A DNA stretch of 59,173 nucleotides from an uncultured Bdellovibrionales bacterium (GTDB lineage Bacteria; Patescibacteriota; Minisyncoccia; Moranbacterales; DUUL01). Numbering within the stretch: position 1 is the first letter of the stretch; each line of letters starts with the position of its first letter. The notes under the pieces were generated by a model. That model ran no database searches and had not been told where the DNA came from. It saw only the letters and a program-made list of their open reading frames with translations. Shown here in pieces: positions 40,674 to 47,538 of the stretch. The position numbers and the translations under genes are program-made. The stretch is taken from positions 1 through 59,173 of the forward strand of contig CAZDHE010000002.1 of the NCBI GenBank assembly GCA_964505305.1, given 5' to 3'.

Positions 40674-41441
40674 CTAGTTATTTATAATAAGGTTTCTTTT
40701 TATCTCATTAAAGCATTCACTTGGGCTTCTTGGGGGATTTATCGCCTTTTTTTCTTTTTCTGCAAATTTATTATATATTTCTTCAATTTTTTTCTTCTTC
40801 AAATCCAATTTTTTAATAATTTTTTCTATTCTTTCAATTACTCCTGGAGCTAGAAAAGAAAATTCTTGATCAAAGGGCTTCATAATATCATCTTCTAATT
40901 TTACTACGTTCTCAGAATCGTCCAAGGGCATGTTTTGGGGTCCATTCAAATCTAGGTAACATACAGCCAAATAAAAGCCTAAAGCATACTCCAATTTGTT
41001 CTGCCTTCTAAGCATTTCCCCCATCTGAAATCTTGTGTTTCTATATAGTCCCCATTGATGTTTTTTTGCATAATTCAAAATGTCCTCATTCAACAAGCTC
41101 CATTGAACATCAAAATCTGAAATTTTATTTTTGCTTTCTGATTTATTTAATAATTTCTCTTTTCTTTTTCGATACCTTTCCTTTTCTACTAAGTAAGCCT
41201 CTTGTGTACCATTTTTAATTCGCCATTCTTCATCAATTTTATCTGCTTCGCTTTTTGTCACAGTTAACCTGACACCTCTTGTGTTGGTGCGAACATAAAT
41301 ATAGTTATCACAACTTGAGCATTTTGTTTTAGCGCCAGGTTTCTTCTCTAAACATTTCCCACAGTAAGGACACTCAGCTTTTCGCTGATCTTTGCCCCTT
41401 TTTTTAATATTTATGAAATTAAATATTTTCACAATAATCAA
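40674..41441 (-). CDS. Zinc-ribbon (CPYC...CSSC) helical protein of unknown function
   Basis: ECPYCGKCL...TKCSSCDNYIYVR, WGLYRNTRFQM, VCYLDLNGP. Confidence 0.7.
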   Translation of the reverse strand: MIIVKIFNFINIKKRGKDQRKAECPYCGKCLEKKPGAKTKCSSCDNYIYVRTNTRGVRLTVTKSEADKIDEEWRIKNGTQEAYLVEKERYRKRKEKLLNKSESKNKISDFDVQWSLLNEDILNYAKKHQWGLYRNTRFQMGEMLRRQNKLEYALGFYLAVCYLDLNGPQNMPLDDSENVVKLEDDIMKPFDQEFSFLAPGVIERIEKIIKKLDLKKKKIEEIYNKFAEKEKKAINPPRSPSECFNEIKRNLIINN

Positions 41442-41460
41442 TCTGTTTTAATGATTGAGC

Positions 41461-42297
41461 TTATTTAATCGCAGGATGTTCTTGATAGAAGGCTGCCACT
41501 TTTTCCAGATTTTCTCTCAAGAAATTATCCCAATTTATCTCTTTTATATCTTCACTTTTTAAAGAAACTGTTAAAACATTCTCACTAGACTCATTCCCTT
41601 TCACATCAACCAATGGCAGTTCAGCTACTATAGTTACCCGACGGAAATTGTCCAATATTTGATTATTTAAATTGGAAAACACATTTACCATGTCAGTTTT
41701 AATACCACCTGCTGTCATGCCGGAAGTAAAATTTTCGCTAGCACGAAATTTAATCCACAATTCATTCCTCTCTGTTTTTATTGAAATAACAGTTTTTTTA
41801 TCCATATTGTTCTTTTCTCCGATTTGGTTAACGACAACTGTCTCTGCATCTCGTAAAAGAGTGTCCTTTTTTGTTTCCCACTGATAGTTACTCTTTTTTT
41901 CATCTTCTTTCTTATCTGAGGAATCTTCTTCCGTTTTAGTATCCCCAACTTGTTCCTTTTCTTGATTAGTTGCCACATCATTTTGAGGTGGTTCACTATC
42001 ACTATCTAAAACAGCTATGTTTACGATTACAAATATAATTGTAATCGCAATTTTTAATTTCTTATTCCAATTTGTTTTTACCCACATATACCATACTAAA
42101 AAATATGGCAAAAATAAGATGGCAATAACTATGCCCCACCCTGTTTGATACCATTCTTTTTTTTGGCTTTTTTGTGCCTCGCCACTAGGCATTTGTTGAT
42201 CATTCATTTTTTTAAATAAATTGTTAACTAGAATTTTATCGTCCATAGGTACACAAAAGGCCCCACGAATCGACGACAGTCCTTTCGGAATGCCCAA
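41461..42297 (-). CDS. Membrane-anchored secreted-domain protein (start probably 42247 or 42207)
   Basis: Two TM helices shared with 37577-38251, acidic linker, C-terminal globular domain. Confidence 0.75.
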   Translation of the reverse strand: MGIPKGLSSIRGAFCVPMDDKILVNNLFKKMNDQQMPSGEAQKSQKKEWYQTGWGIVIAILFLPYFLVWYMWVKTNWNKKLKIAITIIFVIVNIAVLDSDSEPPQNDVATNQEKEQVGDTKTEEDSSDKKEDEKKSNYQWETKKDTLLRDAETVVVNQIGEKNNMDKKTVISIKTERNELWIKFRASENFTSGMTAGGIKTDMVNVFSNLNNQILDNFRRVTIVAELPLVDVKGNESSENVLTVSLKSEDIKEINWDNFLRENLEKVAAFYQEHPAIK

Positions 42298-42299
42298 TG

Positions 42300-42400
42300 T
42301 CCTTTCAGATCATTGACCTAGCTAACAAGTGTCGACCGCGAGGCCGTCTCTGTTAGCTAGGATTTGATGCCATGCCCACGCAAAAAGCATGAGTTTAGGC
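42300..42400 (-). ncRNA. Candidate structured 5' leader/ncRNA
   Basis: Perfect cctagctaaca/tgttagctagg stem (about 42317-42361) in a GC-rich intergenic patch with GAAA-loop hairpins nearby. Confidence 0.35.
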
Positions 42401-42653
42401 TTTTTTCTATCTTTATTTTAAACCCTTATGGCTAAAAGATCAAGGTTTTAAAAAATTAACAACCTAAACATTGGAAATATTTTTACCCCCCCCTGAAAAT
42501 TATTAACCATTAGATTATTTAGCCGCTCAATGTGTGTAAAAATTTACACACATAATGGCGTAATACTATATTGATATTTCACAAGAACATTCATAATTTT
42601 TCCATATTTTATTAATATAATTCAATCTTGATAAATTTTTATGCAACAAAGAT

Positions 42654-42685
42654 AAGCAAAAGGCGACTGCGGTTGCCTTTTGCTT
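42654..42685 (-). terminator. Intrinsic terminator after the DUF4352-like gene
   Basis: aagcaaaaggcg ... tgccttttgctt stem. Confidence 0.7.
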
Positions 42686-42701
42686 TAAGATTCAAGATGT
42701 T

Positions 42702-43250
42702 TTAGTACAGCTGAATTTCAACATTGTCGCTACTCCAAAAGTCAGGAGTAAATTGTAATTTAAATTTCTCTGAATCTTCAGGCGTTTCAAATGTAACCCA
42801 CCCTCTAACTTTTCCACCAGGATTAAGTGTTCCAGAACTCAGTTCAGGTTCTTTATCTTCCGTCATGCCTTGGTCGAAACTATAACCTTCGCTGTCATAA
42901 AGTTTCCAATCGAAAGGATTGTAGCTTAGTGATTTATCAGAGGTATTGTTCTCGTATTTAACTTCTATAGCCACAAGCTTATTCCCCGCTTCCGGTTGCA
43001 TAAACTCGTTTTTCGCTTTGAACGGGTCTTCCATGTCCGTTACTGTCACTGCATAGTCGCCAAGTTTTATATCCTCGCCCAATTTGAACGTTTTTTGGGC
43101 TTCTTTTTTTTCTTCTTGGGAGGATTTTTTGGATGAAGAGTCATCAACCTTTTCTGGTTGTGTTCCTTGAGGCACACCCGAAGAACCTGTGCATCCTGCC
43201 AGGAAAACAAGTGCAATAAAAAATGCAGACAAAGTTAATGCCTTTTTCAT
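42702..43250 (-). CDS. DUF4352-like lipoprotein
   Basis: Lipobox FLAGC; FKLGE, VAIEVKYENN, FDWKLYDSEGYSF, GTLNPGGKVRGWVTFETP. Confidence 0.85.
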   Translation of the reverse strand: MKKALTLSAFFIALVFLAGCTGSSGVPQGTQPEKVDDSSSKKSSQEEKKEAQKTFKLGEDIKLGDYAVTVTDMEDPFKAKNEFMQPEAGNKLVAIEVKYENNTSDKSLSYNPFDWKLYDSEGYSFDQGMTEDKEPELSSGTLNPGGKVRGWVTFETPEDSEKFKLQFTPDFWSSDNVEIQLY

Positions 43251-43296
43251 ATTATCACCCCCTTTCCACGAAAATTTATTTGCATTAGATGATTAA

Positions 43297-43464
43297 TTAA
43301 TTTAATCTTTCACGTAAATTTTGAGACTCTTGTTGCAACCTCTCACCTCTTTTCTCCATTTTATCTAATTTTTTATCATTTTGCCATATTCTAAACACTC
43401 CAAACAAAAATATCGCAAGCACAACAGAAACAATAACAAGAGCTAACCTGCTAGGTTTTTTCAT
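43297..43464 (-). CDS. 55-aa single-TM + coiled-coil peptide (not in ORF track)
   Basis: Manual translation MKKPSRLALVIVSVVLAIFLFGVFRIWQNDKKLDKMEKRGERLQQESQNLRERLN. Confidence 0.7.
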   Translation of the reverse strand: MKKPSRLALVIVSVVLAIFLFGVFRIWQNDKKLDKMEKRGERLQQESQNLRERLN

Positions 43465-43539
43465 TATTTTTTATTAAAGTTTAAGGTAACCAACTAATTT
43501 CTTTTTTTGACTGAGGAAACAAAAAAGGACAGCCGAGCC

Positions 43540-43652
43540 GTTCACCCACAACAAACTTCGCGAGGAAGTCCAATTATGGAACTCGACTGCCCATTACTAT
43601 CCACAATCGGATAAATAGGCAGTGCCTCGCGAAATCTGAGTTGTAGGTGAAC
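43540..43652 (-). ncRNA. Long multi-stem hairpin starting at a predicted transcription start
   Basis: GTTCACCTACAAC/GTTGTGGGTGAAC, TTCGCGAGG/CCTCGCGAA, ACTGCC/GGCAGT and TATCC/GGATA stems; TATAAT 6 nt upstream (43659-43664). Confidence 0.5.
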
Positions 43653-43843
43653 ATTTAAATTATAACAAAATATATAAAAAAAGCAAAAACAAGAAATTTA
43701 TAAAATGAAAAGGCTTCGTTCTTAATAAACACAAAGTTAGATAAAAAACTGTGATCTTCTTTTTGTCCAACTTATTAGACACATTTTCACGTAATACTTA
43801 AAAAACAAGAGGCATATCAAAATATGTCTTTTTAATAGTGTAA

Positions 43844-44998
43844 TTATAATAACTTTGTTTGCCCAAAAGGCTTCAAAGCAAATTCGGATAAAAAATAATT
43901 ATGTATTTTACTAGCCGTTAAGTTGTTTAATGATGCAAAGTTTATCTGTTTTGCTATTTTATTAATTTCATTTATATGGTTGTAATATGTTTGTCGGCTC
44001 TTGTAGTTATTAAATGAATATTCCTTAAATCCTTTCACCCCGCCTTTTGACTGAATTTTTTCAATAGCATATTTCGCAAGCATCCTTTTATCAATGCGTT
44101 TTATATTTTTATCTAATATTGCTTCTACTAATGGAGAGTTTGAGCTACTTAAAAAAATGAAGTCTTGTAGAGGGTGAACGAAAATTCTTTTAACTTCTTT
44201 TTTTAATAATTCTTTCCAGATTTCATTCTTGAAGATATTTTCAATAGTTACTTCATTGCAATTATAGAGCTTAAGTCTACTCTTAATCGTGCTTTTTCTC
44301 TTCAATGTCAACTCTACTCTTATTAATTCGCATAATAACACCTTATTTTTCTTGTATCTCTCGTTGCTCAAAGATTTAATGACATTCTTTTCCTTTGGAG
44401 TAATTGCATTTGATTTTAACTCCTGTAACTTTGAATAAACCTTAAAAGTCGAAGATTTTGTACTGTAGTATAGCTCAGCTCCTCCGTCTCGGGGCTTTAT
44501 AATATAGCAACTGGATCTAAAACGATCATCAAATTTTGACAATGTATCTATAACTTGTTCACAGCTACAAATTTCTGTGAAGTCTATATTTTTACTAAAA
44601 GCCACCAAGGAAGGTTCGGCATCAAGAATTTCTTTCGAAAAAATCTTTCTTGTACCAATGTCATTTTCTAAGAAAGATTGCATCTTTTCAACAAACGGCA
44701 ACAAGTCACTATCTCGTGGAATTGCAATATTATGACCATATAGAAATTTTGGAACTGAAACTTCTATAAACAATTTTTTGTTTTGAGGATTTAAAAAGTC
44801 TTCTTGAAACCATATTTTTGGTGTATATATTCCTCTCTTTTTCCTCTCTTTTCTCCAGTTATTTGCTGTATAGACATATCTAGAGCTTCCTTTGTCAACA
44901 GGGCTATTTATTAATTCTTTATACTTAATTTTTTCTGAAAAAAATTCCTGGGCTTTTCTATCAAACTTTATATTTAATGCAAATTTCACAGTATCCAT
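43844..44998 (-). CDS. Putative rolling-circle replication initiator (Rep_trans / phage gpII-X-like)
   Basis: MDTVK start, IEVSVPKFLYGHN, ELYYSTKSSTFKVYSKLQE and IRVELTLK resemble motifs of this superfamily; recognition only. Confidence 0.55.
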   Translation of the reverse strand: MDTVKFALNIKFDRKAQEFFSEKIKYKELINSPVDKGSSRYVYTANNWRKERKKRGIYTPKIWFQEDFLNPQNKKLFIEVSVPKFLYGHNIAIPRDSDLLPFVEKMQSFLENDIGTRKIFSKEILDAEPSLVAFSKNIDFTEICSCEQVIDTLSKFDDRFRSSCYIIKPRDGGAELYYSTKSSTFKVYSKLQELKSNAITPKEKNVIKSLSNERYKKNKVLLCELIRVELTLKRKSTIKSRLKLYNCNEVTIENIFKNEIWKELLKKEVKRIFVHPLQDFIFLSSSNSPLVEAILDKNIKRIDKRMLAKYAIEKIQSKGGVKGFKEYSFNNYKSRQTYYNHINEINKIAKQINFASLNNLTASKIHNYFLSEFALKPFGQTKLL

Positions 44999-45019
44999 AG
45001 AGGAGTTTTGAAGAAGAAG

Positions 45020-45220
45020 CTAAGTCATTGCCCTAGGTTCTCGGGAAAACTCCTCAGAAAACCCTTTCCTAGGGCAATGGCTTTGCTCTTCCTTGGTTAA
45101 TGGATTATTTTCAAAGTGTCTGTTATTCCAAAATTCAAAGAAAAATCCGGCTAATTGTTCTGCAACCGCTTTATTTTGTTTATCAGTGATTTTTGGATTC
45201 TTATTATTAGTCATTTTCAA
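45020..45220 (-). CDS. Small hypothetical protein upstream of Rep
   Basis: 66-aa ORF in operon-like position; function unknown. Confidence 0.55.
   Translation of the reverse strand: MKMTNNKNPKITDKQNKAVAEQLAGFFFEFWNNRHFENNPLTKEEQSHCPRKGFSEEFSREPRAMT
45026..45079. repeat. Perfect 12-bp inverted repeat upstream of rep
   Basis: cattgccctagg (45026-45037) / cctagggcaatg (45068-45079). Confidence 0.8.
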
Positions 45221-45228
45221 TTAAAAAA

Positions 45229-45249
45229 ACTGCAAATTATATTTGCAGT
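45229..45249. promoter_or_regulatory. Palindromic operator candidate
   Basis: actgcaaat-tat-atttgcagt directly upstream of the small ORF/rep unit. Confidence 0.5.
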
Positions 45250-45292
45250 CTAAGATAATTAAAAATAACGTGATATTACCAATAAAGAATCC

Positions 45293-46054
45293 TTATATGT
45301 CAGTGATTCGTTTTTTAATTCTGTTCAGGATTATACCGATATCATCGTATAATAATGCTTTCCCTTTAAATTCTTCATTTATCTTTTTTGCTATCTCAGA
45401 ATAAGACAGTCCCTTTTCTCGTAAATCATAAATTCTTAAATCCCTATTGAAGTTTGTTTTAGGTTTATTTCTTCCTTCTTTGTAATTCATCGTCCTTTTC
45501 TTATATCGTTTTATTAAAGGCCATACATTCTCTATATCCTTTATCGTTGTGTTACTAAAAACCTCTAAAAAGAGTCTGTAAGTTTTTTTATCTTCTTTAT
45601 CTCTTTCAAACCAAAATCCAACATTATCTCTTGGAATGTAAACTAATGTGTTGTTTGTAAGATATAGCATTACTGTTTTGTGGTAGTGCTGAGAAATGCT
45701 ATATTTTTTCATTATTTCATCAATTTCACTATAAAACTTATTTAAGGGTGTTTTCTGATCTAATTTTGTAAGTTTGCTTTTACAGCTATCATAGGTCTTG
45801 TAATCCTTGCTCTTTTTTGCTTGTTCAATCTTTTTAAGCAGAGTTCTTCTATTGTCATTATAATCTTTACTTGCTATAAACTTATCAGTTTCCCTTCCGA
45901 GCCAATGCCACCATCCCTCTACTTCTTCATCCTTCAAGCCCTCATCTCCAATAAGCCATTTTTTACGAAAAGAGAGCGCTTCGTCTTGGAAGGATTTTTT
46001 TCTTATCAACAATTCAAATTTTTGCCTATTAAAACTCGAGGAATTATTTTTCAT
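45293..46054 (-). CDS. Protein with C-terminal helix-turn-helix (element regulator candidate)
   Basis: RDLRIYDLREKGLSYSEIAKKINEEF...IGIILNRIKKRI. Confidence 0.65.
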   Translation of the reverse strand: MKNNSSSFNRQKFELLIRKKSFQDEALSFRKKWLIGDEGLKDEEVEGWWHWLGRETDKFIASKDYNDNRRTLLKKIEQAKKSKDYKTYDSCKSKLTKLDQKTPLNKFYSEIDEIMKKYSISQHYHKTVMLYLTNNTLVYIPRDNVGFWFERDKEDKKTYRLFLEVFSNTTIKDIENVWPLIKRYKKRTMNYKEGRNKPKTNFNRDLRIYDLREKGLSYSEIAKKINEEFKGKALLYDDIGIILNRIKKRITDI

Positions 46055-46117
46055 TTTTTTAAATATTTACTAAAAAAGAACTGCAAAAACAGTTCTTTAA
46101 GCTGAAATCTGCAGAGG

Positions 46118-46189
46118 GGCGAGTAAAGGGAATTGAACCCTTATGTCCGGTGCCACAAACCGGTGTTCTACCATTGAACTATACTCGCC
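46118..46189 (-). tRNA. tRNA-His(GTG), intact, element-borne
   Basis: G-1:C73, GCGAGTA/TACTCGC acceptor, CCGGT-TTGTGGC-ACCGG anticodon arm, AAGGG-TTCAATT-CCCTT T-arm. Confidence 0.95.
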
Positions 46190-46256
46190 CCACTATAGAC
46201 TTCCACGAGATAATTAACGAAAATTAAAGATAAATTATATCATATAAACAATTATA

Positions 46257-47066
46257 TTACAATAGTTTGTTGTAATCATACTGAACATCTTTTGGTGCAA
46301 ATATAATGCCAAAGCCATTTACCCTCCCTCCCTTATTGTCTCTAATGTTATCTTTAATAACGTCATAATATTTCTTATTATCTTTTTTAAAATATTCTCT
46401 TACTGCTCCAGTTGTGAAATCCGCTACTTGCAAGAGTTCGCAATATTTAGCATGAGTGTAAAATAAAGTCTCACGCAAACAATGTCTTAACTCAATTTTT
46501 TTCCAATCCTTTCCTTCAATGTATATATCTTCAAAATCATCACTATACATATGACCTTTTTTCCATAAATCGTTATAAGTTTTTGCAAGATTCACCTTTT
46601 TTTTAGGTCCAAGATAATCTATTATCATTTGTCCATGAGGATAATATCCTTGTTTTGTTGCATTAAAACCAACTTTCCCTGACAAGAAAAAAACAAATCT
46701 TTCAGCTAACCTAGAAAGTGCGAAACACTGAGAATTCCAATAATTATCATCGTTTCTTATTACTGAACAAATTATTGTTGTTTCATATTCCTTCAATAGA
46801 TTAAGAACTTCTTCTCGCAATTTGTTTCTTTTAGCAGGAGGGAGGGCATATTGTTCAGGACATTCTCTTTTTGTTGGAGACCATTTTATATAAGCATCTT
46901 CATTTCCTAATATATCCTGTTTTATTTTTTTTAATTCAAGTTGAAAATTTGCCTCCCTCATTCCATTTTTTATAATAAATCCGCCTAGATAACAAGGATT
47001 CTCATTGGTTCCAGAATCATCTAGATAAAAAACAAATCTTTCAGGCACTTTATTTTCAGTCAACAT
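46257..47066 (-). CDS. DUF3800-like (RNase H-like fold) protein
   Basis: FYLDDSG N-terminal motif and LLQVADF C-terminal motif. Confidence 0.75.
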   Translation of the reverse strand: MLTENKVPERFVFYLDDSGTNENPCYLGGFIIKNGMREANFQLELKKIKQDILGNEDAYIKWSPTKRECPEQYALPPAKRNKLREEVLNLLKEYETTIICSVIRNDDNYWNSQCFALSRLAERFVFFLSGKVGFNATKQGYYPHGQMIIDYLGPKKKVNLAKTYNDLWKKGHMYSDDFEDIYIEGKDWKKIELRHCLRETLFYTHAKYCELLQVADFTTGAVREYFKKDNKKYYDVIKDNIRDNKGGRVNGFGIIFAPKDVQYDYNKLL

Positions 47067-47196
47067 TATAAAATTACAATTTAGTATGTAAAATCATTTC
47101 AACGCAGAATTATGAGATTGATGCACCTTATAATGATCACATCCCAATAATTTTATTCTTTTCCATATCTTGTAGCTAGGAAAGTCATTGTCTTGG

Positions 47197-47258
47197 GGGA
47201 ATTGAACCCTCATATCCGGTGCCACAAACCGGTGTTCTACCATTGAACTATAGTCGCC
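47197..47258 (-). pseudogene. 5' fragment of host tRNA-His(GTG), right junction
   Basis: GGCGACTATAGTTCAATGGTAGAACACCGGTTTGTGGCACCGGATATGAGGGTTCAATTCCC then diverges (CCAAGAC); no acceptor 3' strand locally. Confidence 0.9.
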
Positions 47259-47364
47259 ATATGTTTTTAATGTATCTCAAATCAATGCTTTTTCCTATAG
47301 TCAGCCCGGCATTCGCCGGGTTCTCAATTTTATTGCTAAATCAAAGATTTAGATAAAATTGGAA

Positions 47365-47380
47365 AACTATAGTCGCCATA
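47365..47380. repeat. 16-bp direct repeat of the tRNA-His 5' end
   Basis: aactatagtcgccata, identical to 47246-47261. Confidence 0.8.
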
Positions 47381-47538
47381 AAATTAAAAATACTAATTTA
47401 CTCACTGTCTTTTTCCTATAATTGCGAGGACATAGGATTTTTTTAGATTCCTATGGGATAAGTTAAAACAAGACTTACTCACTCGGCGTACAAGGTTAAG
47501 AATAGCATAATTATTGATTTTAATCAATAGGCCGTAAA

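Larger units (their letters stand above)
38514..47199. mobile_element. ~8.7 kb serine-recombinase integrative element inserted in tRNA-His and carrying a replacement tRNA-His
   Basis: Bounded by the two halves of a split tRNA-His; 11-bp inverted arms aggaaagtcat (47178-47188) / atgactttcct (38523-38533); contains recombinase, Rep-like gene, HTH gene and cargo. Confidence 0.88.

Noticed and set aside
42360-42400. c-di-GMP-I riboswitch (acgcaaa motif)
   Set aside because: The required upstream GAAA-capped stem and pairing pattern could not be built on that strand; left as an unassigned structure.
37268-43464. Integron-like cassette array
   Set aside because: No repeated attC-like site found between the cargo genes, and the recombinase is serine-type, not IntI.
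38514-47199. TAG recoding (code 15) in the element, suggested by the TAG in the recombinase and by the TAG of ORF 45020-45220 being in frame with the rep start 7 codons later
   Set aside because: All other element ORFs (253-486 aa) are open without internal TAG, TAG ends normal genes in the window, and no suppressor tRNA is present. The in-frame spacing has a 1-in-3 chance.
38514-47199. Prophage or inovirus
   Set aside because: No terminase, capsid, tail or Zot-like ATPase recognisable; only recombinase, Rep-like, HTH and cargo genes.
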